IMG/VR virus record: IMGVR_UViG_3300025767_000014 | Strand: one strand, 5' to 3' | DNA length: 20,000 nt | Origin: an uncultured virus (IMG/VR IMGVR_UViG_3300025767_000014) | Taxonomy: Duplodnaviria > Heunggongvirae > Uroviricota > Caudoviricetes | Shown here: piece after piece, positions 1 through 7,550 of the stretch | Layout: every line of letters starts with the position of its first letter | Position numbering within the stretch: position 1 is the stretch's first letter | Position numbers and translations under genes: made by a program | Notes under the pieces: model-generated | Seen by the model: the letters and a program-made list of their open reading frames with translations, nothing else | The model's database searches: none | What the model was told of the DNA's origin: nothing

Positions 1-1
1 C

Positions 2-277
2 TTAAAAAACTTTGAAGGAACAAGATCATTTTATTTTAACCAATTACAAGATGAGATAGCTGCAGCTCAAATGGCGTATGATCAAGGTAAAGAAATGTCT
101 CAACGCAATTCAGTTTCAGATGCCCTATTAGGCTTATTTTGGGATTCATCAGCGGATGAACAAGATAGAGATAATTATAATTATTGGAACTCTCAAGGTA
201 CTACACCTTATAAATACTTTACTAACAAATACCCACAAGTAAGATACGGGCCACTTGCTGCAAATAAGGGGGATTAA
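2..277 (+). CDS. Hypothetical protein, 5'-truncated
   Basis: Frame is open from position 2 (LKNFEGTRSFYFNQLQDEIAAAQMAYDQ...) to TAA at 275-277, so the ATG at 71 is probably internal. No family recognised. Confidence 0.6.
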   Translation, partial: LKNFEGTRSFYFNQLQDEIAAAQMAYDQGKEMSQRNSVSDALLGLFWDSSADEQDRDNYNYWNSQGTTPYKYFTNKYPQVRYGPLAANKGD

Positions 278-281
278 AAAG

Positions 282-449
282 ATGGCAGTTAATGAAGCAG
301 GGAATTATACCAAACCAACAATGCGCAAGAACTTGTTTAACCGCATTAAAGCGGGTAATAAAGGTGGTAGGCCGGGCCAATGGTCCGCTCGTAAAGCTCA
401 GATGCTTGCTAAACAATATAAAGCAAACGGTGGGGGCTACCGAGATTAA
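282..449 (+). CDS. Small basic protein, GQWSARKAQ motif (N-terminal half of a DUF5872-like protein)
   Basis: ATG at 282 follows AAGGGGGA. 55 aa, Lys/Arg/Gly-rich, motif KGGRPGQWSARKAQMLAKQYKANGGGY. TAATG overlap with the next gene. Confidence 0.75.
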   Translation: MAVNEAGNYTKPTMRKNLFNRIKAGNKGGRPGQWSARKAQMLAKQYKANGGGYRD

Positions 450-700
450 TGGCAAAGAAACCCTCACAGAAAAGTTTAAGCAAATGGACTTCTCAGAAAT
501 GGAGAACACGAAGTGGTAAACCGTCTACACAGGGTCCGCTGGCGACTGGAGAGCGTTATATGCCGGCTTCAGCTGTGGCAAGTCTCACGTCAGCTGAACA
601 CGCCGCTACTACTAGGGCTAAGAGAAAAAGTATTAAGGCAGGAAAGCAACATAGTAAACAACCTAAAAATGTTGCAGATAAAGTTAGAAGACACAGATAA
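449..700 (+). CDS. Small basic protein (C-terminal half of a DUF5872-like protein)
   Basis: TAATG-coupled start. 83 aa, very basic, motifs QKSLSKWTSQKWRT and ERYMP. Confidence 0.75.
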   Translation: MAKKPSQKSLSKWTSQKWRTRSGKPSTQGPLATGERYMPASAVASLTSAEHAATTRAKRKSIKAGKQHSKQPKNVADKVRRHR

Positions 701-718
701 ATAACCCAGGAGCGGTAA

Positions 719-859
719 ATGTCTAGATTTGTTCATGAAACACCAAAAATGAAACCGGCTAAAAAGCCGCAAGCACCTCTTCCTAAAGCTGGTACATATA
801 CCTCAAAGGAATTGGAAAAGTCTAAACCTATATATTCAAATACCGGAGGGAAGTATTAA
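719..859 (+). CDS. Small Lys/Pro-rich hypothetical protein (46 aa, not in ORF track)
   Basis: AGGAG at 708-712, ATG at 719. Translates MSRFVHETPKMKPAKKPQAPLPKAGTYTSKELEKSKPIYSNTGGKY. Its TAA overlaps the portal ATG (TAATG, 857-861). Confidence 0.75.
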   Translation: MSRFVHETPKMKPAKKPQAPLPKAGTYTSKELEKSKPIYSNTGGKY

Positions 860-3015
860 TGACAGCCCAAGGGTATAAAGAAAGTGTAACTGATGAGCAG
901 TTAATTAACTTAGTTGAAAGTGGCGTTAATAATTCCACTGGTGATTGGTTAAACTCTTCTGATCTTGCACGAGAAAGACTTAAAGCTACATATGAATATG
1001 CAGGTTTACCTGTTGCTCATTTATCACCTCAAGGTGTTTCAGCAATTGTAGACACTTCAACGACTGAGGTTGTTGAAGCATACACCGCAGTTCTTTGTGA
1101 TTTGTTCCTAAGCAATCAGCGCATTGGTCGATTCCTTCCATGGAACGATACCCCAGGTGCCTTTAAGGGCGCTAAAGATGCAGCGATGCTGGTGAACTAC
1201 ACAATTTTTAAACAGAATAATGGGTGGGAAATCCTAGAACAATGGATGAAATCCGCTTTACTATGGAAGAATGCGGTGATCCGTTGGGGTTATATTGAAG
1301 ACTATGACTATGTGTTTGAAGAATACGAAGAGATTAGTCAAACTAAGTTAGATGAAATCTTATCTGATGATAGCTTAGAAGTCGTAGGGGATCTAGAATT
1401 TGAAAACCGCGCTGTAGCCGGTTCAGATGGTATGGGACCTGAAGTTGAACTTGTATATATTAATGTACGTGTACGTAGAGAAATTAATAAATCTCGCGTT
1501 AAGTTAGAACTTATCCCACCAGAAAATTTTCGTATTTCAAGAGACGCAACTTCAATTGAAGATGCTTCTTTTATCGGCATTCAAAACAGTATGACTCGGT
1601 CAGAGATTCGTAAGTTCTATCCAGAGATGGCTGAAGGAATTACTAATTGGGATGAGCTGACTAATGCCGCTGCTTGGACAGGGTCTTTAGATTATGCACA
1701 AGATGTAGCTGCAAGAAAACAAATTACTGGACAAGAATATTATCAAGGCTCAAACTCAATAAGCGAAACCCCATTAGAAGCAAGTCGTGAAATTACTGTA
1801 ACCGAATGTTGGTTACATGTTGATCGAGATGGTGATGGTATCGCAGAGCTAAAGCATTTGATTATTGCAGGTTCACATATTCTTCATGAAGAAGATGCGG
1901 ATCAAATCCCACTTGCAGATATTGTTCCTATTGATATTCCGCATGAGTTCTTTGGTTTGTCTATGGCAGACTTTACACGTAGCTCTACGCTGGCATCAAC
2001 TGCAATCTTACGTGGCTTTGTTGAGAATACATACTTAACAAACTATTCACCAAAGCTTGCCGATCCAAATGTTGTAGATTTCTCTGCGCTTCAGAATATG
2101 AAGCCGAAGCAAATCATACCAACTAATGGTAGTCCAGTAGGCGCTGTGGCTCAACTACCGCCAGAGGCAATCTCTACAGGTACTGTGCCACTGCTTGAAC
2201 ATCTTCAGATGATTAAAGAACAAGCAACTGGAATGTCTAAAGCTGCACAAGGATTGAATGATACGCTATATGTATCAGGTAACTCAGAGCAAAAGCTTTC
2301 AGCTGTACAGTCTGCGGCACAGAAACGTATCCAGCATATTGCAAGACGATTTGCTGAAACCGGTTTTAAACGCCTTATTAATGGTGTGTATCATACTCTT
2401 AAGTCTTCAATTAAGGGTGAGTTTACATATAATATGCAAGGGGTGTTTAATAAAATAGACATGACTATGCTTCCATCAAAAATGGAAGTAGAAGTACTTT
2501 TAGATATTGGTGAAAATTCCAATGCCACTAAAATTGCTAAGTTATCTAAAATTGGTGCAGAAATATTACCAGCCCTTAATCAACAAGGTGCGGGTATGGT
2601 TGTTAGACCAGATGCTCCAGCTATCTTAGCTACTAAATTAATTGAAGCTATGGATTTAGATAGTAATGATTTCCTTGAAGATTATACAACTGAGGAATTT
2701 AAACAAAAAGCAATACAAGCAATTCAACAACAATCTGATATGGCACAAGCAATGAAGCAGGCTGAACAACGTAAAGCTGATGCTGATATTGCACTTTCAG
2801 AAGCTAATGTTATGTATACTAATGCACAAACAAAGAATACCTTTGATGATAATTCAAAGCAGCTTGCTGTTGCAATTGATAAACATTTTCAGGAATGGGC
2901 TGATCTTAATATTAAATCAGTTAAAGAAGGGGCTCCTCTTCCTCCACACCCTGACTATAAAGAAATCTTAATGATGGCACGTGGTCTATTACAACCACAA
3001 CAACCACCTAGATAA
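859..3015 (+). CDS. Portal protein (phiEco32/SU10-like podovirus)
   Basis: 718 aa, GGAGG SD. Portal-type motifs SAIVDTSTTEVVE, KSALLWKNAVIRWG, IPPENFRI, VTECWLHVDRDGDGIAEL and PIDIPHEFFGLSMAD. Gln-rich helical C-terminus. Lies upstream of scaffold and capsid. Confidence 0.9.
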   Translation: MTAQGYKESVTDEQLINLVESGVNNSTGDWLNSSDLARERLKATYEYAGLPVAHLSPQGVSAIVDTSTTEVVEAYTAVLCDLFLSNQRIGRFLPWNDTPGAFKGAKDAAMLVNYTIFKQNNGWEILEQWMKSALLWKNAVIRWGYIEDYDYVFEEYEEISQTKLDEILSDDSLEVVGDLEFENRAVAGSDGMGPEVELVYINVRVRREINKSRVKLELIPPENFRISRDATSIEDASFIGIQNSMTRSEIRKFYPEMAEGITNWDELTNAAAWTGSLDYAQDVAARKQITGQEYYQGSNSISETPLEASREITVTECWLHVDRDGDGIAELKHLIIAGSHILHEEDADQIPLADIVPIDIPHEFFGLSMADFTRSSTLASTAILRGFVENTYLTNYSPKLADPNVVDFSALQNMKPKQIIPTNGSPVGAVAQLPPEAISTGTVPLLEHLQMIKEQATGMSKAAQGLNDTLYVSGNSEQKLSAVQSAAQKRIQHIARRFAETGFKRLINGVYHTLKSSIKGEFTYNMQGVFNKIDMTMLPSKMEVEVLLDIGENSNATKIAKLSKIGAEILPALNQQGAGMVVRPDAPAILATKLIEAMDLDSNDFLEDYTTEEFKQKAIQAIQQQSDMAQAMKQAEQRKADADIALSEANVMYTNAQTKNTFDDNSKQLAVAIDKHFQEWADLNIKSVKEGAPLPPHPDYKEILMMARGLLQPQQPPR

Positions 3016-3025
3016 GAGAGGATAA

Positions 3026-3364
3026 ATGGATAAATACCGTAAGACAGCTGAGACGAAGCTGGGTAATAATAAATCATACGGTAATCATAAAATCCATCCT
3101 GAAGAATTGGCGCGTCGTGCTCATGTAAAAGGGCACTTCGCCGCCAAAGAACGGGATGAGTTCTTTGATGAAGTATATGGTGAAGTCTTAATTGACTTCT
3201 TTATTGAGTGGCTTAAGACGGAGCCACATGAAACTAAATCTCGGGAGTTCCTCTACTCCTCTGCTATGGCGCTTGGTAGCGTCAAGGAGAGAATGATAAA
3301 CTTCGAGATGTATGGGAAAAATGTCCCGCACCTAATGGAGGATACAGATGAGTCGATTGATTGA
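3026..3364 (+). CDS. Hypothetical protein following the portal
   Basis: GAGAGGA SD, 112 aa. Contains a W..TEP.E.K.RE.LY motif of the type seen in small post-portal podovirus proteins. Confidence 0.8.
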   Translation: MDKYRKTAETKLGNNKSYGNHKIHPEELARRAHVKGHFAAKERDEFFDEVYGEVLIDFFIEWLKTEPHETKSREFLYSSAMALGSVKERMINFEMYGKNVPHLMEDTDESID

Positions 3365-3545
3365 TATCGAAGCTCTACTTAAAAACTATAAAGAAATGAT
3401 TAATACGCTCGAATACGATTCTATGCGCAGTGCAGGTAAAGCAAAAATTAATGCACAAACGTTAATGGATATGCATGCACTTGTTGAGCGATATGAACAA
3501 AAATTGAATTCACAACGCAGCGCCCCAAAGAAGGAGGCTAGCTAA
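3348..3545 (+). CDS. Hypothetical protein
   Basis: GGAGGA SD upstream, 65 aa. TAATG overlap with the scaffold gene. Confidence 0.75.
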   Translation: MSRLIDIEALLKNYKEMINTLEYDSMRSAGKAKINAQTLMDMHALVERYEQKLNSQRSAPKKEAS

Positions 3546-4651
3546 TGAGTATAGATACCAACGCAGAAATAGACTCTACCCCAATGGATGACTCTATTGC
3601 AGAGGTTAATAATGGTCAAACTGAAGACGCCTTGCTGGCTGACATTGTACGAAATTCTGATTTCGTAGGATCTCTACCCACTGAGCAGGTACCTGAGTTA
3701 GACCCGGAAGAATCAAATGAAGAAGACCCAGAATCATTTGAGGAAGCCGATAGCGAAGAAGTTGAAGAGGATGTCGAAGAAGAAGAAGCCGATACAGAAG
3801 AAGAAGATGCCGACGATGAGTCCGCTACCGATGAATCTGATGTGTATGCTACTGAAGACTTAGACTTAGAAGCTAAAGTTGTTGTCAAAGTTGACGGCGA
3901 ATTTACTGAAGTTTCTTTTGGTGATCTTATTAAAGGTTACTCTACTGAACAACATCTTTCTAAAAAGGGTCGAGAACTTGGTGACGCAAGAAAAGAATTG
4001 GAAGAAGAATATCAAACTAAAGTAGAAGAGCTTAGTGTAATGTCTAAAGCATCTGCAGCTGTTTTATATTCTAATGAACAAGCGTTAGCAGCAGAATACC
4101 ATGAGCTTGAAACAAAAATAGATAAGGCTCGTAAAGATGGTGATACCTATGAGGTAAGTGAACTCAAAGATAAGCGTGAGCAAGTCCAGAAAAATTATTG
4201 GGGTGCTCGTAAACAACGCGAAGGACTTGTAGAACAAATCTCTAAACAGGAACAAACAACGAATGAAGGTGAGTGGAAAGAGCAGCTAGAATACTTTAAT
4301 AAAACTATTCCTACGCTAATCCCTGACTTCAATGAGGAAACTGCTGGAGCAATCCGTGCATTTGCTATTGAAGAAGGAATCTCTCCAGAAGTTTTAGATT
4401 CGATTGCTGATCCTATTATTGTTAAGTTTGTAGATGATTATCGCAGACTAAAGCAAGGTGTTACTAAAGGCGCTGTTAAACGTAAGTCAACTCCAGCTAA
4501 GAAAGCCCCACTTCGTAAAGCAAAGTCCGTTAATAAACAAAAAGAGGATGCACGTGAAGCTACTCGTAGGCGCACACTAAGTGGCCAAGCTTCACCCGAA
4601 GAAGAAAAGGATTTCTTAAGATCTCTTGCCGAACGCTCTTTAAACTTATAA
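3545..4651 (+). CDS. Capsid scaffolding protein
   Basis: AAGGAGG SD, 368 aa. Long acidic N-terminal tract, then VKVDGEFTEVSFGDLIKGY (VKVDGEE.EV..EL..GY scaffold motif) and coiled coil. Immediately upstream of the capsid gene. Confidence 0.85.
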   Translation: MSIDTNAEIDSTPMDDSIAEVNNGQTEDALLADIVRNSDFVGSLPTEQVPELDPEESNEEDPESFEEADSEEVEEDVEEEEADTEEEDADDESATDESDVYATEDLDLEAKVVVKVDGEFTEVSFGDLIKGYSTEQHLSKKGRELGDARKELEEEYQTKVEELSVMSKASAAVLYSNEQALAAEYHELETKIDKARKDGDTYEVSELKDKREQVQKNYWGARKQREGLVEQISKQEQTTNEGEWKEQLEYFNKTIPTLIPDFNEETAGAIRAFAIEEGISPEVLDSIADPIIVKFVDDYRRLKQGVTKGAVKRKSTPAKKAPLRKAKSVNKQKEDAREATRRRTLSGQASPEEEKDFLRSLAERSLNL

Positions 4652-4670
4652 TACCTTGGAGGGTATATAA
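4646..4670 (+). promoter_or_regulatory. Putative hairpin over the capsid Shine-Dalgarno
   Basis: TTAT-a-ATACCT[TGGA]GGGTAT-ATAA gives 6+4 bp with one bulge and one G-U pair. It contains the SD GGAGG (4658-4662) and the scaffold stop codon. Confidence 0.4.
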
Positions 4671-4672
4671 AA

Positions 4673-5809
4673 ATGTCAAGCACACTCGGTGTTCGTGGCA
4701 CAGGCGGACCACAAGGTCCAGCTCGTGGCACCGGCAAAGATGTTTCCCAGCGGGAAGATCTAGCCAACTTCATCACAATGATTACTCGTGATGAAACTCC
4801 TTTCATGTCATCTGTTGGCAAAGCTAAAGCAACTGCAATTTATCACGAATGGCAGACAGACCAGCTCGATACTCCAGGCTCTTCACGCATTGCTGAAGGT
4901 ACCGATTACATCGAGCCAACTGTATCTGGTGGTACCGGTAGTCCTGCTGTTGGCGATCGCTTTGCACGCACTGGTCCATACCGCACACGTCTGGGTAACT
5001 ACACTCAGATCAACGGTAAGACTATTGCTGTATCAGGCACACGCCGTGCAGTAGACCAGGCAGGTATTGCTGATGAATACGCATACCAGCTAAAGAAGCG
5101 CGGTACTGAATTGCGTCGTGACGTTGAGCACGATATGGTTCACTCATTCAACGTATCTGCAGCTGTCGGTGTTCAGGGTAACACTGCACGTTCTGCTGGT
5201 GGCTACCAGTCATTCATCAACTCAGCTGATACTGTAGTATACGCTGGTCAGTGGGCAGCTCCTGCTACTACTGGTGATGGTACTCAAGTTGTTCGTTCAT
5301 CCTTGACAACAACTGCCGCCCCAACAGAAGGCTCATTGTCTCTGTCCGATATTGATGCTGTTATGCAGAAGATTTACGAGCAAGGTGGTAAGGCTACTAA
5401 AGTTATGCTTTCACCAAAACTGCGCCGTGACTTCTCTGACCTAGTACAGGCTTCTTCAAATGTTCAGCGTAACATTGATGAGTCAGGAAAGCTGCGTCAG
5501 TCTGTTGATGTATACATGTCTGACTTTGGAGATCTCATGGTAGTTCCTAACTACATCATGGGTCTTGCTAATCAAGTCCAGTTCATCAACTCAAACGCTT
5601 CTCCTGCAGACCTTGCATCGACTACTAACGTAGCTGACTTCTCTGCATTGATCTATGATCCAATGTGGTTCAATATTGCTACACTTCGTCCTATGCAGGA
5701 AGTTGATGTAGGCCAGAAGGGTGACTCAACTGTCGGTATGATGGTTGAAGAAACTACACTGGAAGTACGTAACCCATCAGGTTGCGGTGCTATCTACGGC
5801 TTGAACTAA
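4673..5809 (+). CDS. Major capsid protein (SU10-type / DUF5309-like)
   Basis: 378 aa. Motifs REDLANFITMITRDETPFMS, HEWQTDQL, RLGNYTQI, EYAYQLKKRGTELRRDVE and VDVYMSDFG. Codon usage looks highly expressed (CGT, AAC, GGT, TTC). Followed by a terminator. Confidence 0.92.
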   Translation: MSSTLGVRGTGGPQGPARGTGKDVSQREDLANFITMITRDETPFMSSVGKAKATAIYHEWQTDQLDTPGSSRIAEGTDYIEPTVSGGTGSPAVGDRFARTGPYRTRLGNYTQINGKTIAVSGTRRAVDQAGIADEYAYQLKKRGTELRRDVEHDMVHSFNVSAAVGVQGNTARSAGGYQSFINSADTVVYAGQWAAPATTGDGTQVVRSSLTTTAAPTEGSLSLSDIDAVMQKIYEQGGKATKVMLSPKLRRDFSDLVQASSNVQRNIDESGKLRQSVDVYMSDFGDLMVVPNYIMGLANQVQFINSNASPADLASTTNVADFSALIYDPMWFNIATLRPMQEVDVGQKGDSTVGMMVEETTLEVRNPSGCGAIYGLN

Positions 5810-5817
5810 GCTAATTT

Positions 5818-5848
5818 GAGGGAGGGTCTTTCGGCTCTCCCTCTTTTT
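5818..5848 (+). terminator. Rho-independent terminator after the major capsid gene
   Basis: GAGGGAGGGTC-TTTC-GGCTCTCCCTC forms an 11-bp stem (two G-U pairs), followed by TTTTT. It begins 8 nt after the capsid stop. Confidence 0.9.
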
Positions 5849-5865
5849 ACTGTAGGGGAATTCAT

Positions 5866-6054
5866 ATGCCAAAAGTTGGAAATAAAGAATTTAAATATAA
5901 TAAATCTGGTATGGCGGCTGCTAAAAAGTATGCTGACAAAACCAATCAAGAAGTTAAATATAAAGCAATGGGTGGTAATGTTGCCAGCTATTATGCTAAA
6001 GGTGGAAAAGTATCAGGCTGTATGTCTGCTCAAAACAAACCATCAAAATACTAA
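5866..6054 (+). CDS. Small basic hypothetical protein with two AxGGxV motifs
   Basis: AGGGG SD, 62 aa, Lys-rich. N-terminus MPKVGNKEFKY; motifs KAMGGNV and YAKGGKV. Confidence 0.75.
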   Translation: MPKVGNKEFKYNKSGMAAAKKYADKTNQEVKYKAMGGNVASYYAKGGKVSGCMSAQNKPSKY

Positions 6055-6074
6055 ACTAATCATTGGAGGTAGTA

Positions 6075-6296
6075 ATGCTAGTTATTAGAACAGCAAACGG
6101 GAACACTTACCCCGCAGAAACATGTGTATGGCGTACAGGTGCAGTTGCATCTGGCGGTTACCAACTAACACACTTAGATATCGGTACACCTACTGTCGCA
6201 GTTGGTGCAACTGGAACTGCAGCACCAACAGGTGCAGAGCTAGGCTATATTGGAAAGTCAGGTCGTTTTGTATCTTATACAGAACCCGCCGCTTAA
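6075..6296 (+). CDS. Small hypothetical protein, possible capsid decoration protein
   Basis: GGAGG at 6065-6069 places the start at ATG 6075. 73 aa, Gly/Ala/Thr-rich. Function inferred only from position and composition. Confidence 0.7.
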   Translation: MLVIRTANGNTYPAETCVWRTGAVASGGYQLTHLDIGTPTVAVGATGTAAPTGAELGYIGKSGRFVSYTEPAA

Positions 6297-6312
6297 TTAA
6301 GGAACGAGGACA

Positions 6313-6654
6313 ATGAGTAAAGAAACAGATTTTAAATTCCACAGTGCAACTGTGGGTGCAGAGAAAGGTATTAATGCTGGCTTTGATCTTCAATCAGGAG
6401 ATTGGCAAGCAACACAAGATATAACCCAATATAAAGATCAGGCTAAACGCGATAGGGATCAGCAAGAGTACTATGGTATTCGTAAAGATGGTTATCGTAA
6501 GATGGCAACCATTCCAGATATTGTAGCTATTAAGATTCTTCAGGATCATAACTTAGATTTACATGATCCTGCATTTATGCATGATCCAAATAATATGAAA
6601 AAATTAAAGACTATCTTGATGACTGAATACCGTGATTTGCTTATTAATACTTAA
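6313..6654 (+). CDS. Conserved-looking podovirus protein between capsid and adaptor
   Basis: GAGGA SD, 113 aa. The pattern QDI..Y...AK / RKMATIP..V resembles post-capsid proteins of this phage type. Confidence 0.75.
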   Translation: MSKETDFKFHSATVGAEKGINAGFDLQSGDWQATQDITQYKDQAKRDRDQQEYYGIRKDGYRKMATIPDIVAIKILQDHNLDLHDPAFMHDPNNMKKLKTILMTEYRDLLINT

Positions 6655-6668
6655 TTAGGAGGCCCACT

Positions 6669-7550
6669 ATGGCATTGACTTATACCGAACTAGTGGCCCT
6701 TGTTCGTTCTTGGTGTAACAGAGATGAAGAAGTAGTAAGCGATGCTATTATTCAAGACGCTCTTAAATACGCTGCTGATAAAGCATATAGAATTTTAAGA
6801 GTTCCGCCACTAGAGAATGTTGCTATTTACGAAGCGAGTCTTCTTGTTTCAGCAACTACTGGAACTACAGGGTTTCAACCTAGTAAGACAGAAATTCAAT
6901 TACCATATGATCTAATTGAATTTATACAAATTAAAGAAGTTGATTCTAATGGATTAACCATTCGGGTTTTTAATGAAAAGTTAGATATTAGATCCTTTAA
7001 TGATACAACTTCAGAAAAATATATAGGGAATAACTATTGGGCACGCGAAAGAAATGTAGTATATCTTTCCCCAGGCTTTGGATATTCTAATCAAGGAAGC
7101 AACGCAAATACTATTGAGTTATATTACTATCGCCGACTTCCCGCATTAAATGCAACTTATGCAGTTACAGTATTAAACTATAATGCAGGATTTCTTACAG
7201 TTTCTTCTGAAGGAGTTAGCGGTGCTGCAGCGCTATGGTTTAATAGCGATACTGGAAGTACAGCTTACGCAACTCAAGCTGCTGCCATTGCTGCCTCTGG
7301 AACTGGAACGGTTACTTCTACATATTATGTTGGAAACACAACACCGAACTGGTTAAGAGATGAAAATCAAAGAGTACTACTATTTGGTGCCCTTGCAGAA
7401 GTTTTTGCATACGTGCAAGAGGATGATCAAGCCGCGAAATACTTAGCAATGTTTCAGCAAGAGATTCTTGAATTAAATGATGAGGATGCTAAACGAAACG
7501 CATCAGGTGGAAACCTGCAGGTTAACTTTAATGGAAGAGGGTTAATATAA
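6669..7550 (+). CDS. Head-tail adaptor protein (SU10 adaptor-like)
   Basis: AGGAGG SD, 293 aa. Motifs TYTELVALVRSWCNR, RILRVP, LPYDLIE, IELYYYRRLPAL and NWL......LLFGAL. Confidence 0.8.
   Translation: MALTYTELVALVRSWCNRDEEVVSDAIIQDALKYAADKAYRILRVPPLENVAIYEASLLVSATTGTTGFQPSKTEIQLPYDLIEFIQIKEVDSNGLTIRVFNEKLDIRSFNDTTSEKYIGNNYWARERNVVYLSPGFGYSNQGSNANTIELYYYRRLPALNATYAVTVLNYNAGFLTVSSEGVSGAAALWFNSDTGSTAYATQAAAIAASGTGTVTSTYYVGNTTPNWLRDENQRVLLFGALAEVFAYVQEDDQAAKYLAMFQQEILELNDEDAKRNASGGNLQVNFNGRGLI

Noticed and set aside
4626..4652. Sigma70 promoter TTGCCG...TATAAT before the capsid gene
   Set aside because: The spacer is only 15 nt and the -35 match is partial. TATAAT is expected by chance in AT-rich DNA.
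5790..5865. Capsid C-terminal extension by frameshift or read-through (T7 10B-like)
   Set aside because: No slippery sequence near the stop, which is TAA followed closely by a strong terminator.
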